Shown here: piece by piece, positions 35,241-44,744 of the stretch | How positions within the stretch are numbered: the stretch's first letter is position 1 | How the letters are laid out: each line of letters opens with the position of its first letter | NCBI GenBank assembly: GCA_944389925.1 | Contig: CALXOD010000054.1 | Span: 1,211 to 65,210 of the forward strand | Direction: 5' to 3' | DNA length: 64,000 nt | From: an uncultured Victivallaceae bacterium | Lineage (GTDB): Bacteria; Verrucomicrobiota; Lentisphaeria; Victivallales; Victivallaceae | Made by a program: the position numbers and the translations under genes | The notes under the pieces: generated by a model | Told to the model about the DNA's origin: nothing | Seen by the model: only the letters and a program-made list of their open reading frames with translations | The model's database searches: none

Positions 35241-35356
35241 CCGTTAAAACGAGGGACAAGCATCCTGCCTGCCGATTGATTTTTAACGGAATCCGGTGTA
35301 CATTATGTATACGGGATGATCATTTGAAATAACGACCAGGAAAGGTGGTTCATATT

Positions 35357-35992
35357 ATGTATTTAGGACGAATCGTGGCCATCGGCCGCACGCCGGCCGG
35401 TGTCAATGCGGCGATGTACCGGGTATCTTCCCGCTCCTTCCCGAACCGGGAAGCGGTGTTGCGCGACCGACAGGTTTCCATCATGCCCCGGAGTGGATTT
35501 GAATCGGATCTGCAGAAAAATCCCTACATCACCTATCATTGTGTCCGGATTGCCGGAGCGTTTGCCGTGGTAAGCAACGGTTCCCATACCGATCCGATCG
35601 CGGAAAAAATTGCCATGAATATGCCGGTACGAGACGCCATGACGCTCGGCCTCCTTGCCATGGATTACGAAAAAGACGAACTTGATACGCCGCGCATTGT
35701 CGCCGCCGTACACCTGACCGATCCGGTCGGGTACCTCGGCATCATCCGCAAAGATGCCGTACTGGTGCGGGAATTTGCGCTGGAACCAGGCAAGGCGTTC
35801 TATCTGTCTACTTATGGACATAATGCTCCCAACCTGCGCTTCCAGGATCCTGCATTCGATGCCGCCGATGCAGCTGCGGCAGCCCGCTATGTAGTTGACG
35901 GTGGCGTGTTCGCTGAATTTGAACACCCGGTCACCGCGGCGGCGGCACTGGCTGGCAATGGACAATTTGAGCTGGCCTCTCTGGTAATATGA
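35357..35992 (+). CDS. purO: IMP cyclohydrolase, archaeal PurO type
   Basis: ORF 35345-35992, with ATG 35357 after AAAGGTGG. The N-terminus MYLGRIVAIGRT...YRVSSRSFPNR is the hallmark of PurO-family IMP cyclohydrolases. Confidence 0.75.
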   Translation: MYLGRIVAIGRTPAGVNAAMYRVSSRSFPNREAVLRDRQVSIMPRSGFESDLQKNPYITYHCVRIAGAFAVVSNGSHTDPIAEKIAMNMPVRDAMTLGLLAMDYEKDELDTPRIVAAVHLTDPVGYLGIIRKDAVLVREFALEPGKAFYLSTYGHNAPNLRFQDPAFDAADAAAAARYVVDGGVFAEFEHPVTAAAALAGNGQFELASLVI

Positions 35993-38019
35993 CACTGGAG
36001 GAGATTCTGGCCCAGCTTAACCCCGAACAACGGGAGGCTGCGGCCACCCATCAGGGGCCGGTGCTGGTCCTCGCCGGCGCCGGCACTGGAAAAACCCGGG
36101 TGATCACCTACCGGATTGCGGGCATGCTGGCCTCGGGCATTCCAGCAGAACAAATTCTCGGATTGACCTTCACCAACAAGGCGGCGAGGGAAATGCGTGA
36201 ACGCCTGGCGCAGCTGGTAACACCGGAAGCGGCGCGCCATGTAACCCTTGGAACCTTTCACGCCTTCTGTGTGCGTCTGCTGCGCCGGGAAATCGTCCGG
36301 TTGGGCTACCTGCCGGGATTCACCATCGCTGATGAATCCGACCAGCAGGGATTGCTGAAACAGGCGGCGGCGGCACAGGGATTGAGCCGGGAAGGTTTTC
36401 CTCTTGCCGAGGCGGGAGCCATGATCAGTCGCTGGAAAAACCGTCTGCTCACCCCCAGAGAAGCCCGGAATGCAGCGGAATTTGATTTCGAGCTCACCGT
36501 CGGCCAACTGTACGAAGAATACCAGTCGATGCTGGAAATGCAGAACATGATCGACTTTGATGACATGTTGCTGCTGGTGTACCGGCTTTTTTCTGAATTT
36601 CCGGAGGTGCTCGAACAATATCGTGAACAGTACCAGTATCTCCTGGTAGACGAATATCAGGATACCAATGACGCCCAGTTCACCCTGGTGAAAATGCTGG
36701 CTGGAGAACGCTGCAACCTCTGTGTCGTCGGAGACGATGACCAGAGCATCTATTCGTGGCGGGGAGCGAATATCAGCAACATTCTGGATTTCCCCCAGTA
36801 TTTTCCCGGAGCAAAGGTCATCAAACTGGAACAGAACTACCGCTCCACCAACCGTATTCTTGATGCGGCCAACGCCGTCATCGGTAGTAATTCCCGCCGC
36901 CATGCCAAGGCCCTCTGGTCCCGGCTGGGTGAAGGCGATCCGGTAACGATCGTTCCCGTTGACAGCGGGGAAGCGGAAGCGGAATTCATCGGCAACTACA
37001 TCAAACAGGAGATGTCGGCCGCGCCGAATCGACGGTACCAGGATTTTGCCATACTGTATCGCTCGAACCACCTGTCCCGGCAGCTGGAGCAGACATTCCG
37101 CCGCCAGGGGGTTCCCTATCGGCTGGTCGGCGGCCAGGAATTCTATAAACGCAAAGAGATTAAAGACGCCGTCGCCTATCTGAAGCTGCTGGTCAATCCG
37201 CATGAGGATCAGAGTCTGCTGCGCATTCTCGCCACACCGCCGCGCGGCCTGGCCCAGAAGGCAGTCGATGGTCTCAAACGTCTCCACACATCCACCCGGA
37301 AGCCGATGGTGGAAATTCTCGGACTGCCGGAATTCACGACGGGTCTGGGGGGAAAAGGTGCAACTGCAGCCCGAGAGCTTCACGCCGTTTTTCAGCAATA
37401 CCGGGAATCCTTCGCCGAACCTGGGGCGCTCGCCCGGAAAATCGGGGAATTTCTCCGGGCAACCGGTTACCTTGATGGGTTGCAGCGCATGTACAAGGAT
37501 TATGACGATGCCGTCAAGCGTCGTGAAAATGTCGACGAATTCATCAACGCGGTGGCCCAATACGAACAGCGTGCGGAAAAGCCGGCAATGCTGAGTGAAT
37601 ATCTGGAAAGTTTCGCTCTGCTGGAGGAAAATGACCGTACTGCTGGAGATGATAACGCCGATGCGGTCACTCTCACCACAGTGCATGCAGCCAAAGGCCT
37701 GGAGTTCCCGACGGTGTTTGTCGTCGCAATGGAAAACGGACTTTTCCCTCATGAGCGGGCGGTGGAGGAAGGTTCGCTCGAGGAAGAACTGCGACTCTTT
37801 TACGTTGCCATCACCCGGGCACGGGAGAAACTCTTTCTAATCCGGGCAGCCACCCGGATGCAGCGTGGACTTTCCCGTGTTCAGCTGCCGTCCCCATTTC
37901 TGACGCTGCTGCCGGAAAATGAGACGAAAACAGCCCGTCCGGAAGATCTGGTACAACCAATGAGTGCAGATGAAATGCGGCGGGCCTTTGCGGAAATTTT
38001 CAAAATACTGGAACGCTGA
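35989..38019 (+). CDS. pcrA: ATP-dependent DNA helicase, UvrD/PcrA/Rep family
   Basis: 676-aa ORF with SF1 helicase motifs: LNPEQREAA, AGAGTGKT, LTFTNKAAREM, LLVDEYQDTN, VGDDDQSIYSWRGA, YRS, TVHAAKGLEF, YVAITRAR. Confidence 0.93.
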   Translation: MTLEEILAQLNPEQREAAATHQGPVLVLAGAGTGKTRVITYRIAGMLASGIPAEQILGLTFTNKAAREMRERLAQLVTPEAARHVTLGTFHAFCVRLLRREIVRLGYLPGFTIADESDQQGLLKQAAAAQGLSREGFPLAEAGAMISRWKNRLLTPREARNAAEFDFELTVGQLYEEYQSMLEMQNMIDFDDMLLLVYRLFSEFPEVLEQYREQYQYLLVDEYQDTNDAQFTLVKMLAGERCNLCVVGDDDQSIYSWRGANISNILDFPQYFPGAKVIKLEQNYRSTNRILDAANAVIGSNSRRHAKALWSRLGEGDPVTIVPVDSGEAEAEFIGNYIKQEMSAAPNRRYQDFAILYRSNHLSRQLEQTFRRQGVPYRLVGGQEFYKRKEIKDAVAYLKLLVNPHEDQSLLRILATPPRGLAQKAVDGLKRLHTSTRKPMVEILGLPEFTTGLGGKGATAARELHAVFQQYRESFAEPGALARKIGEFLRATGYLDGLQRMYKDYDDAVKRRENVDEFINAVAQYEQRAEKPAMLSEYLESFALLEENDRTAGDDNADAVTLTTVHAAKGLEFPTVFVVAMENGLFPHERAVEEGSLEEELRLFYVAITRAREKLFLIRAATRMQRGLSRVQLPSPFLTLLPENETKTARPEDLVQPMSADEMRRAFAEIFKILER

Positions 38020-38216
38020 CTCAGGTTTGAAAATGGGGTGCTCCGGCCTCTATCCGGAGCCGTCTGTCGCTCCCCAGGCTATCAGACAGTCTATTTATCG
38101 CATAAAATTAAGCACATTTTCGCATCTTCTTTCTTTCAAACCTCGGCATTGTCCGGATTTTTTTATGAACCTGTAAACTTTATAATAGAAAAATGATCTG
38201 ATTCCGGATAAAAAAG

Positions 38217-38245
38217 TTGTATTGCTCAAAAAGAAGAAATATATT
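38217..38245 (+). promoter_or_regulatory. sigma70-like promoter candidate
   Basis: TTGTAT (38217-38222), 17 nt, TATATT (38240-38245), within a markedly AT-rich 324-bp intergenic region upstream of the XRE-type gene. Confidence 0.35.
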
Positions 38246-38343
38246 ACATAAATCAATAAAGAGTCGGCGAAGCAAACATTCTCCGGTGTTTCCTGCCGGA
38301 GAAATAACGCCGAAAAATCAAACAGCATTTCCGAGGGAGATAT

Positions 38344-39276
38344 ATGGCAGTTACACCGCTTAGACTGAAGCTCGGAGAAAAAATCAGAAAATACCTTATC
38401 AGCAGTAAATTAAAGCAACGTGACCTGGCCGGTGCGCTCGGTATTTCCTGTTCCGCCGTATCGCAGATGATCAGTGGAAAAATCGTGCCCCAGCAGGAAC
38501 AGCTGGATATCATCTGTGATCAGCTCTCCCTGACGAGAGATCAGATGCTGGAACTGACCGCCATGCTGACCAACATCCGCAACGGCCAGAAAACGTTACG
38601 CTCTAAATTCAATCAGCTGTTCGCGGCAGCACGCAGGGAACGCGGTGTGGATGCTCAACAACTGGCCAACCTGACCGGAGTATCCTGTTCCCGTCTTCAA
38701 TTGCTGGAAAACTGTTTCGATGCCACTCCGACGCTGGAGGAAATCAACCGCCTGGCCCCGGTTCTCTCCTGCGCCCCGGAAGACATGCTGCTCGCTGCCG
38801 GTATGGGACGCCCTGTCATTCAGGACGGCAACGTGCAGTTAAGTGAACCGACTGTTGATTATCAATTCCCTTCACAAAAAATGCTGCCGGTCCTGGAGCT
38901 GGCCCAGCTGGCCGATTGCCGGCCGGGTGAATCGCTGCTCAATTATGCCGCCAGCAAAGCCCTGCGACAGACAGCTTACGGAGCTGATCTGCCGGTGCCG
39001 GCAGTGGCGATCTCCGCTGACTGCCGGGAGCTGAAAATCGGAGCCGGCGGCGAGGTGCTGATTCTGGTTGCGTCGGAACGACCGCAGGGATTCCGGGAAA
39101 TTGAGCTTTTCCGTGATCGTAACGGGCAGTATCGTCTGCGGGAACGGCGACGCGGTTGCTGGAAGGTATTTCAGCTGCCTCCCGTGACCACTTCCGCCGG
39201 GTACGCGCTCTGGTCGCTGCCGGTTCTCGAACTGATTATCCGTCCGGTACGTCCGGGAGGCTCTCCGGAGGACTGA
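38344..39276 (+). CDS. double XRE-type HTH protein with a degenerate S24/LexA-like C-terminal domain
   Basis: 310-aa ORF. HTH 1 is KLKQRDLAGALGISCSAVSQMISGK and HTH 2 is GVDAQQLANLTGVSCSRLQLLENC. The beta-rich C-terminal ~150 aa show no obvious Ser/Lys catalytic dyad. Confidence 0.65.
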   Translation: MAVTPLRLKLGEKIRKYLISSKLKQRDLAGALGISCSAVSQMISGKIVPQQEQLDIICDQLSLTRDQMLELTAMLTNIRNGQKTLRSKFNQLFAAARRERGVDAQQLANLTGVSCSRLQLLENCFDATPTLEEINRLAPVLSCAPEDMLLAAGMGRPVIQDGNVQLSEPTVDYQFPSQKMLPVLELAQLADCRPGESLLNYAASKALRQTAYGADLPVPAVAISADCRELKIGAGGEVLILVASERPQGFREIELFRDRNGQYRLRERRRGCWKVFQLPPVTTSAGYALWSLPVLELIIRPVRPGGSPED

Positions 39277-39277
39277 C

Positions 39278-39655
39278 GTGGGAAGATCGGGGTGCTGTCT
39301 GGGATCGCTCGGGTGCCTGATCATCGGGCTCATTCTGGGCGCGTTAACCGTGTGGCTGCTGATTCCCCGCCTGACACGGGAAGGGTACACCCCGGATCAG
39401 GCGGCAGCTACCATGGAACAAAGGGTATCCAACCTCTCCCGGGAAGCGCGTGACCATGTCGGGAACAAAGTGACTGATCTGAAGGATTCGGTATGGGAAG
39501 CTGCGACGGATTCCGCGGTTCCGCCTGAACCGCTGCTGGATTCCGATCTTCAGGCCCTGCCTGAAAAAACCGCCCCCCGCCAGACGTCTTCTGCGCCCTC
39601 GACTGTTTCCGGGACACCCCTGTCAGAAACCGACAAAAAACCGTCTTTCCCATAG
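39278..39655 (+). CDS. small single-pass membrane protein, unknown function
   Basis: 125-aa ORF with a GTG start 1 nt after the preceding stop. It has a Cys-rich N-terminus GRSGCCLGSLGC, one hydrophobic helix, and a low-complexity Pro/Ser/Thr-rich tail. Confidence 0.5.
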   Translation: MGRSGCCLGSLGCLIIGLILGALTVWLLIPRLTREGYTPDQAAATMEQRVSNLSREARDHVGNKVTDLKDSVWEAATDSAVPPEPLLDSDLQALPEKTAPRQTSSAPSTVSGTPLSETDKKPSFP

Positions 39656-39870
39656 AATTCCACTTGAAAAAGAACACAATCGGGTGGATTTTATAGAACA
39701 GTTTTTTCCGGCATCGTTGCGTATTGCGGTATATTTTCCCGCCGTGCGTATCGGTGTTACCGGTAGCAAGATCCCTGCAAAAGAAATTGCAGAAATCGAT
39801 CTTCCCGGAACAGAAATTCCGCCCCATCAGAACAGGTTGCGGAACGGGAAAGAAGAATAATGGAAGCAAA

Positions 39871-40683
39871 ATGGATTTTTTATATGTATTGATTCTGGCT
39901 GTCGTGCAGGGAATCGCAGAATTTCTACCGATCAGCTCCTCCGGACACCTGTCCGTGCTGGGAACGCTGTTCCAATTCAATCCGGAAGAGAATCTGGCAC
40001 TGGGAATTGTCCTGCATGCAGGCACCCTGGTTGCAATCGTCGTCTTTTATTTCCGGGAATTGCTGCGTTTTCTCCGTCCGGAGCGATTTCGGCTGGCGCT
40101 GATGGTCATACTGGGAAGCGTCCCTGCGGGAATCATTGGAGTCACGCTCAAACAATGCGGTCTGGACGAGGCGATTTTCAGCAATCTGCTGCTGGTGGGA
40201 TGCGGCTTTCTGTTCACGGCCACCCTGTTGCTGTGGTCCGAGCGGAAACGGAGGAATCTTTCCGAAGAGGAAAACACAACCCCGATTGAAAAAATCACTC
40301 CCCGACAGGCGGTGCTCATCGGTCTGGCTCAGGCCATCGCCATTCTGCCGGGAATTTCCCGCTCCGGCTCGACGATTGCCACAGGGTTATTCACCGGAGT
40401 TCGCTCCGCTGCCTGTGCGGAATTCTCATTCCTGTTGGCCATCCCCGCTATCGGCGGCGCCGCCTTGCTGGAGCTGTTGAAACTGGCTCGGAACGGCATG
40501 CCGTTGGAAGGAATAGCACCATGGCAGCTCGGCGTGGGGTTTGGTGTTTCTGCTGTTGTCGGTTACGCTGCGCTGGCTTTGCTGGTGAAAATGCTGAGTC
40601 GGGGCAAGCTGGCCCTTTTTTCATGGTATTTGTACGCAGTCGGCCTCTGTGTGCTGATCTGGCAGCTGTACAAAGGATTATAA
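39871..40683 (+). CDS. uppP: undecaprenyl-diphosphate phosphatase
   Basis: ORF 39724-40683, with the start at ATG 39871 (MDFLYVLILAVVQGIAEFLPISSSGH). BacA/UppP motifs are present, including PGISRSGSTI. Confidence 0.92.
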   Translation: MDFLYVLILAVVQGIAEFLPISSSGHLSVLGTLFQFNPEENLALGIVLHAGTLVAIVVFYFRELLRFLRPERFRLALMVILGSVPAGIIGVTLKQCGLDEAIFSNLLLVGCGFLFTATLLLWSERKRRNLSEEENTTPIEKITPRQAVLIGLAQAIAILPGISRSGSTIATGLFTGVRSAACAEFSFLLAIPAIGGAALLELLKLARNGMPLEGIAPWQLGVGFGVSAVVGYAALALLVKMLSRGKLALFSWYLYAVGLCVLIWQLYKGL

Positions 40684-40714
40684 CTATCACAACCATTGAT
40701 TGAGGAAATTGCAT

Positions 40715-41521
40715 ATGAAACAATTGTTCTTCATCGGCGCCGGCAAAATGGCGACCGCCATCGCCGCCGGTCTGGTCCGAACCGGCGCATTCACTCCGGA
40801 AGAGCTGCTGGCCTATGACATCAGCGAAAAGGCTGCTGCAAAATTTACGGAAAACACCGGTGTCGCCTGCCGGAGCGGAGAATTCCGGGAAGAAGAGCTG
40901 GAAAACGTCCCCGCAGTTCTGCTCGCAGTGAAACCGCAATATCTGGCAGACGCGTTGAATGGCTTGAAAAGCATTCTGGAATCCAAACTCATCATCTCCA
41001 TCGCCGCCGGTATCTCTCTGGCCCGGTTATACGACCTGACGGACAGTGCCCGGATCGTCCGGGTCATGCCCAACACCCCCGCCCTGATCGGCCAAGGATG
41101 CGCTGTGGCTGCCCTGACTGATGAAGTCACAGCTCCGGAACGGGAACTGGTACGCCGGATTTTCAGCTCAGTCGGCAGTTTCGCCGAACTGGAAGAAAAA
41201 CAACTGGATGCCGTCACCGGCCTTGCCGGTAGCGGTCCGGCCTATGTCTTCGAATTCATCCGGGCACTGGCCGACGGGGGCGTAGCGGAAGGCCTGCCTC
41301 GCGATCTGGCCCTGGAACTGGCCGCCCGTACCGTTGCCGGAGCCGCCGCCATGGTAACTGCAACCGGGCAACATCCGGCGGTACTGTGTGACCAGGTGAA
41401 CAGTCCTGCCGGCACCACCAGCCGTGGCTTGGAAAAACTCAGCGAAGGCGGTCTGCACGCGGCCGTTATGGCTGCGGTCCGCGCCGCTACCGCACGCTCT
41501 ACTGAATTGGGACAGGCTTGA
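40715..41521 (+). CDS. proC: pyrroline-5-carboxylate reductase
   Basis: ORF 40700-41521, with ATG 40715 after GAGGAA. Motifs: FIGAGKMATAI, VMPNTPALIGQG, GLAGSGPAYVF, SPAGTT. Confidence 0.92.
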   Translation: MKQLFFIGAGKMATAIAAGLVRTGAFTPEELLAYDISEKAAAKFTENTGVACRSGEFREEELENVPAVLLAVKPQYLADALNGLKSILESKLIISIAAGISLARLYDLTDSARIVRVMPNTPALIGQGCAVAALTDEVTAPERELVRRIFSSVGSFAELEEKQLDAVTGLAGSGPAYVFEFIRALADGGVAEGLPRDLALELAARTVAGAAAMVTATGQHPAVLCDQVNSPAGTTSRGLEKLSEGGLHAAVMAAVRAATARSTELGQA

Positions 41522-41523
41522 TT

Positions 41524-42300
41524 ATGAATCTGAACACCGGGCACCCCCCATCCCGGCTCCGAAGGGCGCCTCAGTGTCATTATGCCCGGCTACAATGAAG
41601 CCGCCACTATTGAGACCATCGTCCAGAAAGTGTTGGCCCGCCCGGAGACCGGCCTACTGGTCATTGTGAACGACGCCTCAACCGACGACACGCGGGAACA
41701 TCTGCAGCAGTTTTCTGCGGATCCCCGGGTCAAACTGCTGAATCAAACCGGTCAATCGGGGAAAAGAGGCAGCTCTGATCCGGGGGGTTTAAAGAAGCCA
41801 CCCGGGATTTTGTCCTGATTCAGGATGCGGATTTTGAATACACGCCGGAGGATTATCCTGTCGTGCTGGGACCGCTGCTGAATGGACGGGCGGACGTGGT
41901 CTACGGATCCCGTTTTATGGGAACGCCAGGGCAGGTACGGTATTTCCGCCATGAAATAGGCAATAAATTTCTGACGTTTCTTTCCAATCTTTTTTCCGAC
42001 ATTCACCATTCGGATATGGAGACCTGCGACAAAGGCTTCCGGCGGGAAGTGGTTCAGAATCTGCGACTGGAATCAGAACGGTTCGGCATCGAAGTGGAAA
42101 TCACTGCCAAGGTCGCCCGTTCCCGGCAGCTGCGCATCTGGGAGGTTCCCATCTCCTATAACCCGAGACGCTATGGAGAAGGGAAAAAAATCGGCTGGCG
42201 TGATGGCGTCGCTGCGCTTTTTCACATTCTACACTTCAATCTTTTCACTTCCGACGAGCAGAGCTTTAAACGCCCCTGGTCGGAAGTCCTCCAACAGTGA
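41524..42300 (+). pseudogene. GT2 family polyprenyl-phosphate glycosyltransferase (DPM1/GtrB/ArnC-like) disrupted by three +1 frame shifts
   Basis: Homology continues across three frames: MNLNTGHP | (RLSV)IMPGYNEAATIETIV...KLLNQ | VNRGKEAALIRG | GFKEATRDFVLIQDADFEY...GSRF...YNPRRYGEGKK. Shifts map to the C6 run (41544-41549), to about 41742-41756 (probably the CAAACC A3 run) and to the G6 run (41782-41787). The ORF track shows only fragments 41582-41818 and 41863-42300. Confidence 0.75.
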
Positions 42301-42303
42301 CCA

Positions 42304-42337
42304 CGTGCTGCCGTGTCGTTACAGGCACGGCAGCACG
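42304..42337. terminator. hairpin between convergent genes (possible bidirectional terminator)
   Basis: Perfect 12-bp stem CGTGCTGCCGTG (42304-42315) / CACGGCAGCACG (42326-42337) with a 10-nt loop and no flanking U-runs. It lies between the GT2 pseudogene and hisC. Confidence 0.45.
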
Positions 42338-42357
42338 CCAATGCCGGATCCGCCGGA

Positions 42358-43419
42358 TCAACGGCCGGACAACCAGTGCCGGGTCACCGTCAGCAATTCC
42401 TGCATCTGCTCCGGCGTTCCGATGGTGATACGCACATAGCGCCCGGTTACCGGGCCGGGGAAGTAACGGACGATCACCGCCTGCTCCCGCAAATAACGGA
42501 AATACCCTTCCCCATCTCCTCCGGGTGGAGCGGCAAACAGAAAATTTGTCTCGGAAGGAACTACTTCAAATCCCAGATTCAGCAGTTCCTTCAGAAGTCC
42601 GGCCCGAACTTCCTTCACCCGCGTCACACACTCTTCATGGTAATCCGTATCCTCATAAGCGGCAAGCCCGACTGCCTGCGTCAGAGCATCCAGATTGTAG
42701 GAATCCTTCAACTTCATCAGCCCTGCAATCACCTGCGGATGCGCTACGGCATAACCGAGCCGCAGCCCTGCCAGTGAATAACTCTTGGAAAAAGTTCTGC
42801 TGACAATCACATTGGGCCGGCTCACCGCCAATTCGGCGCAGTGGTCCTCCGCAAAATCGGCATAAGCTTCATCAATCAGCACCATACCATCAAACCGATC
42901 ACAGATTTCCGCCATCACCGACAGGGGAAAACTGTTTCCAGTCGGCGCATTGGGACGGGCAATCGCCAGCAGGTTCGCCCCCCGGACCTGCTCCAGAAAA
43001 TCATCCGGCAAGGCGAACGTCCCCGGCTGCAGGGCAATCCGCCGTACCGGCGCCCCCTGCATCGCCGCCAGCACCGGATAAAGCGAATAGGTCGGCTCGG
43101 GACAGGCCACCGGCAGATCAGGTGCGGCAAACGCGCGGAACACCATTGTCAAAATATCATCCGACCCGTTCCCGGCGATCACCTGGTCCCGGGTAATTCC
43201 CCAGCGGGAGGCCACGGCGTCCCGAAACTCGTCTGCCGTCGGATCCGGGTACCGCCGAAGCCGATCCAGATCGAAATCAGCCAGAAGTTTCCGAATACGT
43301 ATCGAAGGCGGATAGGGATTTTCATTGGTATTGAGTTTAACGAGCCGGTTCAGCTTCGGCTGCTCGCCGGGCACATAACCGCTCATCGCCTCAATCTCGC
43401 TGCGGAAATAGGATTTCAT
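42358..43419 (-). CDS. hisC: histidinol-phosphate aminotransferase
   Basis: 353-aa ORF with LNTNENPYPP, YPDPTA, NGSDD and the PLP-lysine region SRTFSKSYSLAGLRLGY. The start overlaps the hisD stop (ATGA). Confidence 0.92.
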   Translation of the reverse strand: MKSYFRSEIEAMSGYVPGEQPKLNRLVKLNTNENPYPPSIRIRKLLADFDLDRLRRYPDPTADEFRDAVASRWGITRDQVIAGNGSDDILTMVFRAFAAPDLPVACPEPTYSLYPVLAAMQGAPVRRIALQPGTFALPDDFLEQVRGANLLAIARPNAPTGNSFPLSVMAEICDRFDGMVLIDEAYADFAEDHCAELAVSRPNVIVSRTFSKSYSLAGLRLGYAVAHPQVIAGLMKLKDSYNLDALTQAVGLAAYEDTDYHEECVTRVKEVRAGLLKELLNLGFEVVPSETNFLFAAPPGGDGEGYFRYLREQAVIVRYFPGPVTGRYVRITIGTPEQMQELLTVTRHWLSGR

Positions 43420-44744
43420 TGCTGCACGCCCCCTTTTTCACTGTTTTCTCCGGCTTTTCGTACCCGGATGGAACCGGCACGGCCGTGCGCCGCCAAACCT
43501 TCCAGTGAAGCAAAGGTTTCCACAATCCCCACCTCACGCCGCAGCGCGGCTTCAGAATAACGCACCAGACTGGAACGCCGGTAGAAGCCCTCCACCGACA
43601 ATCCCCGGAAAAACCGGCCACTCCCCGCCGTCGGCAGCACATGACTCGGTCCCGCACAGAAATCCCCCACCGGTTCCGGCGTCCACGGCCCCAGAAAGAT
43701 CGCCCCGGCAGCCTTCACTTTTCGGCCGATCTGCTCCGGAGTACGGGTCATGATTTCCAGATGTTCCGGGGCATATTTACCGGCAATCGCGGCAGCCTGT
43801 TCCAAGTCTTGCACCACGATCAGAAATGTCCCGTGTTCCAGCACCTTGTCCACAGTCGCCAAACGCGGCAAAGCCGCTTTCTGACGCAGAACTTCCAGTT
43901 CCACCTGCTCCGCCAGCTCCGGATCGGTCGTCACCAGCACCGCCTGCTCCAGACCACTGCCGTGCTCAGCCTGACTGAGCAAATCCGCGGCAATGAAATC
44001 CGCCCGGGCGGTATCATCGGCAATCACCATGATTTCCGAAGGACCAGCCACCATATCGATAGCCACTTGTCCATATACCAGTTTCTTGGCGGCAGTAACA
44101 TACGCGTTGCCGGGACCGACGATTTTCTCCACACGGCGTACCGTCGGCGTCCCATAGGCCATCGCCGCAATACCGTATACGCCTCCGAGGCGATAAATTT
44201 CCGTCACCCCGGCCTCCCGCATGGCGAATAATACTGCGGGATGTACTTTCCCGTCAGGGCCGGGAGGCGTGACTGCGACAATCTCTTTCACCCCGGCGGC
44301 GGCGGCGATCCCGGCAGTGTGCACCACCGTAGACACCAGCGGTGCAGTACCGCCGGGGATATAGACACCCACCCGCTCCATCGGTTCGAACTTCTCTCCC
44401 AGCATCACACCGGGACGGGGTGAATAGCGCCAGTTCCGCGGACGGCAGCGCCGGGCGAAAGATTGCACGGCCCGCAGTGCTTCCCGAATGGAACGCTTTG
44501 CTCCCCGGTCCAGAGCGGCTGCAGCGGCTTCCACTTCCGCCGCTGTCACGGCAAACTCCGCCGCCGTCAACTTCATCCGGTCAAACTGCAAAGCGTACCG
44601 GGCCAATGCCTCATCGCCGTTTTCCCGCACGTCCGCAATGATCCGGGCCACGCCGGCTTCAATTTCCGGCGGATATCCGGGACGCTGATACAGCCGATCC
44701 AGGGCATCCTCAAAGCCGGGGTCATTCCAGATTAATTTACGCAT
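43416..44744 (-). CDS. hisD: histidinol dehydrogenase
   Basis: ORF 43416-44762, with ATG 44744 after GGAGAG. Motifs: [41 protein letters not shown]. Confidence 0.93.
   Translation of the reverse strand: MRKLIWNDPGFEDALDRLYQRPGYPPEIEAGVARIIADVRENGDEALARYALQFDRMKLTAAEFAVTAAEVEAAAAALDRGAKRSIREALRAVQSFARRCRPRNWRYSPRPGVMLGEKFEPMERVGVYIPGGTAPLVSTVVHTAGIAAAAGVKEIVAVTPPGPDGKVHPAVLFAMREAGVTEIYRLGGVYGIAAMAYGTPTVRRVEKIVGPGNAYVTAAKKLVYGQVAIDMVAGPSEIMVIADDTARADFIAADLLSQAEHGSGLEQAVLVTTDPELAEQVELEVLRQKAALPRLATVDKVLEHGTFLIVVQDLEQAAAIAGKYAPEHLEIMTRTPEQIGRKVKAAGAIFLGPWTPEPVGDFCAGPSHVLPTAGSGRFFRGLSVEGFYRRSSLVRYSEAALRREVGIVETFASLEGLAAHGRAGSIRVRKAGENSEKGGVQQ

Noticed and set aside
35887-37752. 621-aa minus-strand ORF
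   Set aside because: It is antisense to the pcrA/uvrD helicase gene, has no recognisable motifs, and has shadow-ORF composition.
41424-41669. 81-aa plus-strand ORF spanning the proC end and the GT2 start
   Set aside because: It overlaps the well-supported proC reading frame and is one of the wrong frames of the frameshifted GT2 gene. It has no independent features.
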